Positions 18,872 to 28,919 are shown, numbered from the stretch's first letter. The stretch: 64,000 bases of DNA from Eubacterium sp. (GCA_017539165.1 JAFYHN010000043.1:42588-106587), one strand, 5' to 3'. Made by a program: numbers and translations. Notes: generated by a model not told the origin, from the letters alone.

Positions 18872-20407
18872 ATGAGTGACATTATAAATGTGATAAGTGA
18901 GATGAAGACGGAAACATTGGTAGTGCTTATATTCGCTGCATTGCTGCTTATCTTTTTGCTTGTTCTGATTGTTATAACGATCAAGGTTCTCAGGACAAAT
19001 GAACTTTCGGATGATGACACAGAGGAAGAAGAACTCCCGGATATAGATGTGGAAGAAGATGAATCTGCAGCTAGGTCTAAGATGGTAGATGAGTTAGCTA
19101 AGTCCGTTGAAGAGGCTAGAGCTAAGATGGAAGCTGAAAGAAAATTCGAATCTTCTGATGACGAAGATGATGAGACCGATGACGAAGATGACGAATTCGA
19201 AGATGAAGACGAGGATGAAAGAGCTAAGAAATCTGCTAAGGAAAGAGTTGAAGCAATAACACGAGCTGTTACCGGTGAAGAAGCCGATGACGAAAATGAA
19301 GATGATTATGATGAGGACGAAGACTTCGGAGCTGATATGGAATACGAAGAAGAGTCCGATACAGATGAAGAAGATAAAGATACAGACGATGAATCAGATG
19401 AAGAAACATCTGTTTCCGTAAAAGATAATACAGATAAACCGGATGAAGACAGGATTGAAGAGGAACTCAGAAAGGTCAGAGAAAAAACTGCTGACAACAT
19501 TGAGGGCTTGAATGAAACTGCAAAACTTCGTGCGGAGTCACCAGATTACAATGCATCATTTGACAGTGCTTTTGTAGAAAAGCCTGATAATGATGAAGAA
19601 AAAGAGGAACCGGTTATTCCAAACCCTACGGTGGAATCTGTTCTTGGCGAAGAAAAGCCAGAAGAAGATGAGGAGGATGAAGTTCCGGCAGGATCGACTC
19701 TTGATGTTTCTGAGGAAGAGACACTTCGTAAGGCTGTCAGAAAAGCAAGAAGTGGAGATAAGATTACTGTAAATCCTGTAAACGAAGTTAAGATCAATAC
19801 AGTTAATTCTGTAGAGAAAGTTAATACGACAAATCCTAAGGCCGGAATAAATGACATGGAGGATATGAAAGACTTCATGGAAGAAAATCCTGAACCTAAG
19901 GCAAAGAAGCGTAAGGTAAAAAAGAAAGATCTTGATTTTGAAGAAAAGTTCGGAACTCACGGTGATGAGATAAAGACAGCTAAGTATTTCTGGTACAATA
20001 CACAGGATATAGAGGGACTTGCTCGGAAGGAAGATATGTATTTCAAGTGTCATTATTTTGATGATGCTGATAATGCGATACTTGATCTTGTAACAGAGAT
20101 GTACGATTGTGCATTTGTCCGTACCGAGCAACTTCAGAGAATAGCATATGGTATCACTTTCCAGTCAATGGGAATGAAAGATATACTTCGTTCAGAAGAA
20201 AAACTTGGTTTCAATAGAAATAAAGCAACCAAGGAACCTACGGAAGCTGACAAGGAAGAAGTATATAGAAAGTGGTGCGAGTATGTGGATAATTTCCATA
20301 AGATCATAGTGATCAACGCTCCTGAAGACATTGAAGAGTATATGATCAACAAGATGTATGAGTATGGAAGACGTGATGTAGAAGAACTAATGTACAGCCC
20401 ATACTAA
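18872..20407 (+). CDS. Single-TM protein with long acidic low-complexity region and a globular C-terminal domain, function unknown
   Basis: ATG 18872 after RBS GAGAGGAG; TM LVVLIFAALLLIFLLVLIVITI; D/E tracts; ordered ~155-aa C-terminus. Confidence 0.8.
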   Translation: MSDIINVISEMKTETLVVLIFAALLLIFLLVLIVITIKVLRTNELSDDDTEEEELPDIDVEEDESAARSKMVDELAKSVEEARAKMEAERKFESSDDEDDETDDEDDEFEDEDEDERAKKSAKERVEAITRAVTGEEADDENEDDYDEDEDFGADMEYEEESDTDEEDKDTDDESDEETSVSVKDNTDKPDEDRIEEELRKVREKTADNIEGLNETAKLRAESPDYNASFDSAFVEKPDNDEEKEEPVIPNPTVESVLGEEKPEEDEEDEVPAGSTLDVSEEETLRKAVRKARSGDKITVNPVNEVKINTVNSVEKVNTTNPKAGINDMEDMKDFMEENPEPKAKKRKVKKKDLDFEEKFGTHGDEIKTAKYFWYNTQDIEGLARKEDMYFKCHYFDDADNAILDLVTEMYDCAFVRTEQLQRIAYGITFQSMGMKDILRSEEKLGFNRNKATKEPTEADKEEVYRKWCEYVDNFHKIIVINAPEDIEEYMINKMYEYGRRDVEELMYSPY

Positions 20408-20454
20408 CAAAGTGGTTATACAGTAAATATATGTTTCATGAAAGGGGATTAGCG

Positions 20455-21375
20455 ATGGAACTTAGTATCAAGACAGTATCGTTCGGAGGATATGACAAAA
20501 AGGCTACTGAGACTTACATTTTAGAACAGGAAAAGAAGTACGAGAGCGAGATTAAACAGCTTAAGGAAGATGCTGAGAAGCTTAGTGAGGCTGTTAAGGG
20601 ACTTCAGCAGATGCGTGAAGCGAACATGACAGAGTCAAAGAGTACTATCGATAACCTTAAATCAGCAAACGAAGAGATGCAGGGAGAACTTTCTAAACTT
20701 AAGGAAGAACTTGACAGCTTTAAGAATAGAGAGACAGAATCCGCATCTAGATATGAATCTATATCAAGAACTCTTCTCTCTGCGAGAGAATCAGCAGATG
20801 CTATGACTCGTAGAACAAACGAGGAGTGTGAAGCTAAGACTGCTGAGACAACAGCTCAGTGCAAGAGCATGATTGAGGAAACAACAGCAAGATGTGAAGA
20901 ACTTAAGAGAGCTACTGAGGCTGAGTGTGACAGACTTCTGTCAGAAACACAGAGTAGCTGTCAGGAACAGAAAGAGACAACATATGCTGAGTGTGAAAAC
21001 CTTAGAAGAAAAACTAAGGAAGATACAGACAGACTTTCATACGAGACTGAGTCGAGATGCGAGAGTCTGAACAAAGAAACAGAAGAGAGATGTGAGAATC
21101 TCAGAATACAGACAGAAGCTGCTTGTGCTAGACTTAAGGAAGATACAATAAGTGAATGTGATGCCGAGAAGGCTGCATCAAGAGAAGAGATACGTCAGAA
21201 CAGAGCTATTGTTAAGAGAGAATTTGATTCAATCGGAACATTTATGGCTAATCTACAGAGTGCTCTCAGTGATGTGACTACAGCAGTTGATGAAACAAAG
21301 AGATTAACTGACAGCGCATTTAACGATCTTTCTCAATCAGCTGATGATTCTTCAAACCAGGAAGAAGAGAACTAA
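20455..21375 (+). CDS. DivIVA-like coiled-coil protein with Cys-containing 11-residue repeats
   Basis: N-terminus KTVSFGGYDKKATETYI resembles the DivIVA motif; long coiled coil. ATG 20455 after GAAAGGGG. Confidence 0.6.
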   Translation: MELSIKTVSFGGYDKKATETYILEQEKKYESEIKQLKEDAEKLSEAVKGLQQMREANMTESKSTIDNLKSANEEMQGELSKLKEELDSFKNRETESASRYESISRTLLSARESADAMTRRTNEECEAKTAETTAQCKSMIEETTARCEELKRATEAECDRLLSETQSSCQEQKETTYAECENLRRKTKEDTDRLSYETESRCESLNKETEERCENLRIQTEAACARLKEDTISECDAEKAASREEIRQNRAIVKREFDSIGTFMANLQSALSDVTTAVDETKRLTDSAFNDLSQSADDSSNQEEEN

Positions 21376-21427
21376 ACACATAATGAAGTAATTGGCACAG
21401 ATTCATCATTTTAACAGGAGAAGGTTT

Positions 21428-22765
21428 ATGAGTGATGATTTTAGTACTAATGATCCGTTCACACCAGATTTTATATGCAGAACCAGAATTGGGGATATAA
21501 TTAATGGTTTTGCGAGTGTATGTGAGTTATATAGTGTTGTTCTGGATATAAATGGACAGATTCTGGTTGAACCTACTGGACCGAAAACGTATCTTGGGGA
21601 GTTTTATGAGATAATAAAAAACCCTAAGTATAACGGTATGTATTTTGATATCGTGAATTGCATAGTTGATTCAAAACAATCTATGTATTCAGAGATAGAA
21701 GATGGGAATCCTGAAAGCAGACTTTCGGCTGCACCGATTTTCCTGAATGGGAGATTCTATGCAACTTGGCTGCTTTATGCCCAAAATAAAGAACAGGCTG
21801 AAAGGCTTTTTAAAGCCTTTGATAAACAGGCGGATATGGCTAAGAACTTATCCGAAGTTCTTACTGATCTTCATAATGGTAGTATTATGAACGTAGAAGA
21901 AGCTTCTATGAGAAATCAGCTTCATTTTGAACGTCAGAGTAAGAATGTTATGGAGGAAATCCTCCGAGTTGTTGCGGCTGGTGATAAGACAAATGTCACA
22001 GCTCTTTATGACAGAGTTGGAAGGCTGCTGGACCTGGATTATATGGTCTACTATGAATTTGATGATGAAAGACCTGGCTTTATGAAGCTGGTGAATTACT
22101 GGGCAAAGGACGGTAAGAGTGAAGAGGCCGTCAAGGGATTTGCCTGGAATTCTGATCACTTCGACCTTTCTATGCAGGAGATGATCAGAGAGCAGGGTCT
22201 TGTCATAGATAAGATGAATATGACTAATCGGATGCGTGTTGAGATATTCAGAGGAAAAACCAGAGCTATCATGGTATTTCCACTCTATATTAATGGCACG
22301 TATAGAGGTCGTATGATATTTATTGAGAGTACGAAGGAAAGAATCTGGACTAAGCAGGAGATAGGCTTTGCAAAAGAGGCTACCGAGATGCTGGCAAGAG
22401 ATCTGACTATAGAGGAGAGGCTTAGGAACAGAGCTGAAAGTCAGCGGAGTATTGTTGGACTCTTCGATGGGGTTCCTGTACCCGTTGTCGTAAGAAATGT
22501 TGAAACGGGAAAGATTCTTTTTGTTAATTCTGTTCTCAAGAAGAAAATCGGAAGAGACATAACCGGTGAAGACAGCAGTATTCTGGTGCCACCAGTGCTG
22601 CAGGAATTTGAAGGATATGGTGTTAAGGGGTCGGCTAATCATAACAATATAGAATATAAGAGATTTATAGATCTGCTTGGCGGTAATTATGATATCAAGG
22701 AAACCTTCATAAAGTGGGGAAGGGAAGGAGAGATATCTGTGCTTGTTATCAATAAGGAAAGCTAG
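21428..22765 (+). CDS. Cytoplasmic sensory protein (PocR-like + GAF + PAS-like), no recognisable output domain
   Basis: SVVLDINGQILVEP and LSAAPIFLNGRFYATW (PocR-like); RAIMVFPLYING...IFIE...RIWTKQEI (GAF); PVPVVVRNVETGKILFVN (PAS-like). Start uncertain (21392 TTG or 21428 ATG). Confidence 0.6.
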   Translation: MSDDFSTNDPFTPDFICRTRIGDIINGFASVCELYSVVLDINGQILVEPTGPKTYLGEFYEIIKNPKYNGMYFDIVNCIVDSKQSMYSEIEDGNPESRLSAAPIFLNGRFYATWLLYAQNKEQAERLFKAFDKQADMAKNLSEVLTDLHNGSIMNVEEASMRNQLHFERQSKNVMEEILRVVAAGDKTNVTALYDRVGRLLDLDYMVYYEFDDERPGFMKLVNYWAKDGKSEEAVKGFAWNSDHFDLSMQEMIREQGLVIDKMNMTNRMRVEIFRGKTRAIMVFPLYINGTYRGRMIFIESTKERIWTKQEIGFAKEATEMLARDLTIEERLRNRAESQRSIVGLFDGVPVPVVVRNVETGKILFVNSVLKKKIGRDITGEDSSILVPPVLQEFEGYGVKGSANHNNIEYKRFIDLLGGNYDIKETFIKWGREGEISVLVINKES

Positions 22766-22809
22766 ATTATATCTCAGATATTTAGTACATTTTTTAGGAG
22801 CAATATAAC

Positions 22810-23799
22810 ATGGCAAATCTTGATGTTGGAATTGATCTTGGGACAGCGAATATCCTTATATATATAAAGGGAAGAGGCGTAGTGCTTAATGAGCCTACAG
22901 TCATTGCATATGATAAAGACTCAGAGAAGATTGTTGAGATAGGAGAAGAAGCTAAGCTCATGCTTGGACGTACCCCGGGTAATCTGATCGCTATCAAACC
23001 TCTTCAGCACGGAGTTATTTCAGACCATACTCAGGCAGAGGAAATGCTTAAGTACTTTATTAAGAAGGCTATTGGACGTAACTTCTTTGGACGTCGTCCT
23101 AGAATCTCTATCTGTGTTCCTTCAGGAGCTACAGAGGTAGAGAAGAGAGCTGTTGAATCTGCTACGTATAATGCCGGAGCAAGATTTGTTAATATCGTTG
23201 AAGAGCCTATAGCTGCTGCTATAGGAGCAGGAATAGATATAGTAAGACCTGTGGGTAACATGATCGTTGATATCGGTGGAGGTACTACTGATGTCGCAGT
23301 TATATCCATGGGTGGAGCAGTTGTTACTTCATCAATCAAGGTTGCTGGTAATGATTTCGATGATGCGATCATAAAGTATATCAGAAAGAGACATAACCTT
23401 CTGATCGGAGATAGAAGTGCCGAGGAAGTGAAGATTCATATCGGAACATGTTATAAGAGACCAGAGAACATTTCCATGGATGTTAGTGGTCGTAATCTTG
23501 TTACAGGTCTTCCAAAGACAGTTACCATCACATCTGATGAGACAGAGGAAGCACTTAGAGAGACAGTAGGACAGATTGTAGAAGCTGTACATTCAGTGCT
23601 TGAGAAGACACCTCCTGAACTTGCTGCTGATATAGCTGATAGAGGAATAGTTCTTACAGGCGGTGGAGCTCTTCTCCATGGACTTGAGCAGCTTATTGAA
23701 GAGAAGACCGGAATTACAACAATGACTGCAGAAGATCCAATGTCTGTTGTTGCGGTTGGTACCGGTAAATACATGGAGTACCTGGCTAATCAGGAATAA
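22810..23799 (+). CDS. mreB: Rod shape-determining actin-like protein MreB/Mbl
   Basis: GIDLGTAN, NEPT, PLQHGVI, VEEPIAAAIGAG, DIGGGTT, GIVLTGGGALL. Confidence 0.95.
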   Translation: MANLDVGIDLGTANILIYIKGRGVVLNEPTVIAYDKDSEKIVEIGEEAKLMLGRTPGNLIAIKPLQHGVISDHTQAEEMLKYFIKKAIGRNFFGRRPRISICVPSGATEVEKRAVESATYNAGARFVNIVEEPIAAAIGAGIDIVRPVGNMIVDIGGGTTDVAVISMGGAVVTSSIKVAGNDFDDAIIKYIRKRHNLLIGDRSAEEVKIHIGTCYKRPENISMDVSGRNLVTGLPKTVTITSDETEEALRETVGQIVEAVHSVLEKTPPELAADIADRGIVLTGGGALLHGLEQLIEEKTGITTMTAEDPMSVVAVGTGKYMEYLANQE

Positions 23800-23813
23800 T
23801 GAACAGAACTTTT

Positions 23814-23837
23814 AGGGTAGAGGATTTCCTCTACCCT
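23814..23837 (+). terminator. Hairpin after mreB
   Basis: AGGGTAGAGG-ATTT-CCTCTACCCT; weak U-tract. Confidence 0.5.
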
Positions 23838-23861
23838 TATAGTGTCTTAAGGGAAGGCCTA

Positions 23862-26180
23862 ATGGTAGTAGAAGGGTATATTGACAAAATAATATATCAG
23901 AATGAAGAAAACGGTTATACAGTTTTTCAGGTGGAAACTCAGGAAGGCGATGAGATATTCGTAGGAAATGTCCCAGGCGCCGCTGAAGGTATGTATATTC
24001 AGGCTGAGGGAGACTATGTTCACCATCCTCAGTATGATCTTCAGTTTTCTGTATCAGAATGCGAACTTAGTATGCCTGATGATACGGAAGGGATAACAAG
24101 ATTTCTTGGATCAGGTATCATAAAGGGCATCGGAGAAGCTTTGGCCAAGAGGATTGTAAAAAAGTTCCAGGGTGACACGCTTCGTATTATCGAAGAGGAA
24201 CCAGAACGACTTGCTGAAGTTCGCGGAATATCTGAAAATATGGCGGAGAGGATAGCTGTAAGATACAGCGAGAACCGATCATACAGGAATGTTATCATGT
24301 TCCTTTCGAAGTATGGGATATCTGTTAAGAATTCCATGAAGATATACAGTGAGTTTGGTGATGAAGTATATAACGTAATCCGTACTAATCCATATAAGAT
24401 AGCCGATTATGTGCCGGGAATCGGATTTAAGACGGTAGATGATATAGCAATGCAGGCCGGTATCTCATCGGATTCTGAATTCAGGGTTTCATCTGCAATC
24501 TTATACATCCTCAGTCAGTCTATGTCTTTCGGGCATATGTATATACCTGAGAAAATGCTGGCAGAGAAAGCTTATGAACTCCTGACGTCGGATATGCCTA
24601 GAGAGGATTTTGATGAGAGAATTCACAGTATTCTGCTTGATATGTCTATGAATTCGAAAGTTCTTCTTAAGGAAGAAGACGGGGAAACAATATGTTATCT
24701 CTACTGGAACTATAAGCTTGAATTGGACAGCGCCAGAAGGATTCTGGAACTTAGGTTTGATTATGATACGGAAGAGAGAGAGATAGAAGAAGTCATAGAT
24801 CGTGTAGAAACTGATGCGGAGATAGAGCTGGCTCCGGAGCAGAAGAATGCTGTAAAGCTTGCGGTTAGTTCAGGCGTATCTGTAATAACAGGTGGACCAG
24901 GTACCGGAAAAACTACTATCATTAATGCGATTATAAAGTATTTCGAGTGTCAGGCTAAGGTGGCCCTTCTGGCTGCACCGACAGGAAGAGCGGCAAAACG
25001 TATAACGGAATCTACTGGATATAATGCTCAGACTATTCACAGACTACTTGAATTCTCCGGAGAACCTGGAGATGACGGAAGTAAGACAGTTCTTAGATTT
25101 GGAAGAAATAATGAGAATCCGCTTGAATGTGATGCTGTAATAATAGATGAAGCATCAATGGTTGATGCAAACCTGTTCTATGCACTTCTCAGAGCTATAG
25201 GTGAGGGAACAAGCCTTATCCTGGTTGGGGATACGGACCAGCTTCCGCCCGTAGGTGCGGGAAATGTACTACATGATATAATAGCAAGTGACTGCTTTCC
25301 AGTGACGATACTTAATAAAATATATCGACAGTCTGACGGAAGCAGTATAGTAGAAAATGCTCATAAGATCCGAAATGGAGAACATCTGGAGATAAATAAC
25401 AAGTCGAAAGATTTCTTCTTTATTCCAAGGATGAACAGTGCGGATATAGCTGCGGAATGCAACGAACTTGTACTTACTAATCTTCCTAAGTATCTAAACG
25501 TTTCTCCGCTTGATATAGAAGTCATAGCTCCTATGAGACATTATGAACTGGGCGTGGAAGAACTGAATAAGCGTCTTCAGAAAACAATTAATCCTCCTTC
25601 GAAGTCTAAGAGGGAGAAAGAAAAAGGCAACGTTGTCTTCAGAGAAGGCGACAAGATAATGCAGATAAAGAATAACTACAAGATAGAATGGACGGTTTAT
25701 ACAGATAAGTCCAAGGGGATTGTTTCTGAACAGGGAATCGGAGTTTTCAACGGAGACATGGGGATCATTACAGAGATAAATGATTTCGATGAAAATGTTG
25801 AGGTTACATTTGACGATGGAAGAGTAGCTGTATATGAGTATAACCAGCTGGATGAACTGGAACACAGCTATGCTATAACTGTTCATAAATCTCAGGGTTC
25901 TGAGTACAGTGCTGTGGTTCTTCCGATACTTTCAGGACCGCCGAAACTGCTTAACAGAAATCTTCTTTACACAGCGGTTACAAGAGCTAAGAATATGGTT
26001 GTTATAGTCGGTAACCTGAATAAGATAAATGATATGATCGATAATACCACTGAACAGAAGAGATATACTGGATTCACGAAACGTATACAAGAGATGGCAG
26101 AGATTAGTGAAAAACAGGAGTATATGTCATTCTTTATGGAGGACGATGAAAGAGAAACAGATCCGCACATATGGGATTAA
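23862..26180 (+). CDS. recD2: ATP-dependent RecD2-like DNA helicase
   Basis: EGYIDKIIYQNEENGYTV, HhH IKGIG, GGPGTGKT, APTGRAA, IIDEASM, LVGDTDQL, YAITVHKSQGSE, YTAVTRAK. Start moved to ATG 23862. Confidence 0.93.
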   Translation: MVVEGYIDKIIYQNEENGYTVFQVETQEGDEIFVGNVPGAAEGMYIQAEGDYVHHPQYDLQFSVSECELSMPDDTEGITRFLGSGIIKGIGEALAKRIVKKFQGDTLRIIEEEPERLAEVRGISENMAERIAVRYSENRSYRNVIMFLSKYGISVKNSMKIYSEFGDEVYNVIRTNPYKIADYVPGIGFKTVDDIAMQAGISSDSEFRVSSAILYILSQSMSFGHMYIPEKMLAEKAYELLTSDMPREDFDERIHSILLDMSMNSKVLLKEEDGETICYLYWNYKLELDSARRILELRFDYDTEEREIEEVIDRVETDAEIELAPEQKNAVKLAVSSGVSVITGGPGTGKTTIINAIIKYFECQAKVALLAAPTGRAAKRITESTGYNAQTIHRLLEFSGEPGDDGSKTVLRFGRNNENPLECDAVIIDEASMVDANLFYALLRAIGEGTSLILVGDTDQLPPVGAGNVLHDIIASDCFPVTILNKIYRQSDGSSIVENAHKIRNGEHLEINNKSKDFFFIPRMNSADIAAECNELVLTNLPKYLNVSPLDIEVIAPMRHYELGVEELNKRLQKTINPPSKSKREKEKGNVVFREGDKIMQIKNNYKIEWTVYTDKSKGIVSEQGIGVFNGDMGIITEINDFDENVEVTFDDGRVAVYEYNQLDELEHSYAITVHKSQGSEYSAVVLPILSGPPKLLNRNLLYTAVTRAKNMVVIVGNLNKINDMIDNTTEQKRYTGFTKRIQEMAEISEKQEYMSFFMEDDERETDPHIWD

Positions 26181-26883
26181 GAATATAATGGATATCATAT
26201 TTCCACCCAGATGCGTCATGTGTGATAAGGTAATCCCGCCTGGAAGGAATCTTATCTGTGCAGAGTGTGAAGGTGAGTTGAAATATGTTTCGGAGCCTAG
26301 ATGCTTTAGGTGTGGCAAGGAGATCGCCTCGGAGGAGGATGAATATTGCCCGGACTGCGAGAAGCGGTCCAGAAGCTTCATAAGGGGCTTTCCAGTATTT
26401 AACTATGTTCCACCCGTATCTGATTCGTTGATGGCTTTAAAATACCGGGGAAGGCAGGAATATGCTGTATATTTCGGCCGGGTGATAGCAGAACAATATG
26501 GTGAGGAATTTAGAAGACTGGGAATAGATGCGCTTGTAAGTGTTCCCATATATAAAAAGAAATATGTTACACGAGGATATAATCAGGCGGCGCTTATTGC
26601 TATGGAGCTAGGGAAATGTACAGGAATACATTTCTATGATAAGCTTCTGGTGAGAGTTGAGGAAACGCCTCCGCAGAAGGAACTCTCTGATGAAGAAAGA
26701 GAGAAGAACATGGAGGGGGCATTTGCTATAGATAAGAAGGCAGATGATATTCCGAAGGCTGTGATGCTCGTGGATGATATATATACAACAGGAGCCACGG
26801 TAGAGGCCTGTACCAGGGTGCTTTTAAAGGCAGGAGTAGAGAGAGTATACTATACCAGCGTGGCAATTGGCGTAGGCAGCTGA
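26107..26883 (+). CDS. comF: ComF-family double-zinc-ribbon/phosphoribosyltransferase protein
   Basis: FPPRCVMC, CAEC, CFRC, CPDC; RGYNQA; LVDDIYTTGAT. True start probably 26140 or later. Confidence 0.88.
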   Translation: MKNRSICHSLWRTMKEKQIRTYGIKNIMDIIFPPRCVMCDKVIPPGRNLICAECEGELKYVSEPRCFRCGKEIASEEDEYCPDCEKRSRSFIRGFPVFNYVPPVSDSLMALKYRGRQEYAVYFGRVIAEQYGEEFRRLGIDALVSVPIYKKKYVTRGYNQAALIAMELGKCTGIHFYDKLLVRVEETPPQKELSDEEREKNMEGAFAIDKKADDIPKAVMLVDDIYTTGATVEACTRVLLKAGVERVYYTSVAIGVGS

Positions 26884-26919
26884 GTTAAATGTTTTTAAGG
26901 AGATAAGGAGACGAGAGAA

Positions 26920-27996
26920 ATGAGTAAAACAAGACTAGCACTTATATTTGGTGGACAGTCCAGCGAACATGAGGTTTCATGTGTATCCGGGGCAACGGTA
27001 GCTGGAGTTCTGGATAGAGAGAAGTACGATATAACATTTATCGGTATTACAAAGGATGGACACTGGATACTTGTTGAGAATGAGGATGAGATAGCAGACA
27101 GACGTTGGGAAAGCGACATAATTAATTCGCCAAGAGCATTTATCTCTCCTGATACAGACAAGAGTTTGGTCATCAAAAGAGGCGACTCATTTGAAGTAAG
27201 AAATATAGATGTGGCATTTCCTGTTCTTCACGGATTATTTGGTGAGGATGGAACAATCCAGGGACTTTTTGAACTGGCTCATATCCCATATGTGGGATGT
27301 GGACATCTTGCATCTGCCATCACAATGGATAAGTTCTTTACTAAGATAATAGCTGATAGCATTGGAGTAGAACAGGCTGAATTCGTAGGTGTAAGGGCCT
27401 ATGAGATAAAGGGCAGTGGAATGGACGATGTGGTTGCCAGGATCGAAGCAGAGCGTCAGTATCCTATGTTTGTTAAGCCTTCATGTGCCGGTTCTTCAAA
27501 GGGAATCACAAAGGCTCACAACAGGGAGGAATTAATTGCAGGACTTAAGCTTGCTGCGGAGAACGATAGCAAGATTCTCGTTGAGGAATCAATAAACGGT
27601 AGAGAGATAGAGTGTGCAGTATTTGGTTACGGTGATAATACATTTGCAACAGGAGTAGGTGAGATAGTTGCAGCTGCTGAGTTCTATGACTTTGATGCAA
27701 AGTATAATAACGATGATTCAGAGACTATAGTTGATCCTAAGATTCCAGATTCTAAGAGAGACGAGATAAGAGATAAGGCTGTCAAGATATTTAAAGCCTG
27801 TGATGGATTTGGATTTTCGAGAGTTGATTTCTTCATTGAAGAAGGAACAGATAGAGTTGTATTCAATGAGATCAATACAATACCTGGACATACAGCTATC
27901 AGTATGTATCCAATGCTTATGAAAGCTGCGGGATATGAGATGGGTGAATATGTCGATAAGCTTATTGAGATGTCATATGAGAGACATGAGTACTAA
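26920..27996 (+). CDS. ddl: D-alanine--D-alanine ligase
   Basis: FGGQSSEHEVS, FPVLHGLFGEDGTIQG, FVKP..GSS, FYDFDAKY, RVDFF, NEINTIPG. Confidence 0.95.
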   Translation: MSKTRLALIFGGQSSEHEVSCVSGATVAGVLDREKYDITFIGITKDGHWILVENEDEIADRRWESDIINSPRAFISPDTDKSLVIKRGDSFEVRNIDVAFPVLHGLFGEDGTIQGLFELAHIPYVGCGHLASAITMDKFFTKIIADSIGVEQAEFVGVRAYEIKGSGMDDVVARIEAERQYPMFVKPSCAGSSKGITKAHNREELIAGLKLAAENDSKILVEESINGREIECAVFGYGDNTFATGVGEIVAAAEFYDFDAKYNNDDSETIVDPKIPDSKRDEIRDKAVKIFKACDGFGFSRVDFFIEEGTDRVVFNEINTIPGHTAISMYPMLMKAAGYEMGEYVDKLIEMSYERHEY

Positions 27997-28037
27997 GATA
28001 TGAGAAACTGAATTTATAGATATAAATACTTCGAGTA

Positions 28038-28075
28038 AAAAAATAACGACCGGATCAAATCCAGTCGTTATTTTT
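28038..28075. terminator. Bidirectional terminator
   Basis: AAAAAATAACGAC...GTCGTTATTTTT between convergent genes. Confidence 0.8.
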
Positions 28076-28109
28076 ATGTATATGACTTATGTATATGATC
28101 ATCTGTATT

Positions 28110-28919
28110 TCAGTCGTCTTGTTTTTCGTCTGAATTAAGTCTTGGTATAACAAGTACAAATGATATTATGAGTAGTATCAGTGATATGACCATAGCTGCT
28201 ACGGCAACGGGAACATTGATAAACTTAAAATGATAAACCACATACAATGAACCGTTTATTACCATATGCAGGAACATAGATGGTATCAAAGATCTACTTC
28301 TGACACATATTACTCCGAGCATTATTCCGAAGATAACAGCATATAATCCCTGAATAATGGAACCGTGATAGATTCCGAACAGAACTCCCTGAAATATGAT
28401 AGCAGCACCGATATTGTTACAGGCTCTCCTTGCATAGTGTAATGTCAGACCTCTGAAGATAAGCTCTTCAGCAATAGGTGCAAGAACTATGATCGTAAGG
28501 AGATATAATGGCTCGGTTTGTGAAACAAAGCTTTTAATCATTTGGTGATATGATACCAATAAATCTGGAAAAGCCTTGGATAAGATATAAAGAAGGCTGT
28601 CCGTAGATACCTGTATTGAAAAACCTAAAATGATCAAAAGGATAAATGCCACTATAGAGAATTTTATTTTCTTATCAGGTACAAAATCATTCTCGCTGTT
28701 TTCTGTATTTCTTATGTATAAGAACCACCATCCACAGAATATTAGCATTAAGGAAAAACGCAGAAGATTGAATATAAATTCATTTACGTTTGTTCCCGCT
28801 GAATCACTTACTCGTGTAAGTCCGAGCATAACTGTTATCGCGAAAGATGCGAAGTACGATATGATGGTTATTATCAGTGATACAAAAAGTGGTAATAGTG
28901 ATTTGATAAAATCTTTCAT
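28110..28919 (-). CDS. CPBP intramembrane metalloprotease
   Basis: APIAEELIFRG, FGIYH, HMVIN. Confidence 0.88.
   Translation of the reverse strand: MKDFIKSLLPLFVSLIITIISYFASFAITVMLGLTRVSDSAGTNVNEFIFNLLRFSLMLIFCGWWFLYIRNTENSENDFVPDKKIKFSIVAFILLIILGFSIQVSTDSLLYILSKAFPDLLVSYHQMIKSFVSQTEPLYLLTIIVLAPIAEELIFRGLTLHYARRACNNIGAAIIFQGVLFGIYHGSIIQGLYAVIFGIMLGVICVRSRSLIPSMFLHMVINGSLYVVYHFKFINVPVAVAAMVISLILLIISFVLVIPRLNSDEKQDD

Noticed and set aside
21848-22816. 322-aa antisense ORF and the other minus- or alternate-frame ORFs nested in known genes
   Set aside because: Shadow ORFs opposite well-supported genes, with no RBS or recognisable motifs.
26107-26180. recD2/comF overlap as programmed frameshift or fusion
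   Set aside because: Explained by an over-extended start call; both genes are complete in their own frames.
26920-27996. Ddl as a vancomycin-resistance D-Ala-D-Lac ligase
   Set aside because: The omega loop keeps Tyr (DAKY) as in D-Ala-D-Ala ligases, and there is no vanH/vanX/vanRS context.
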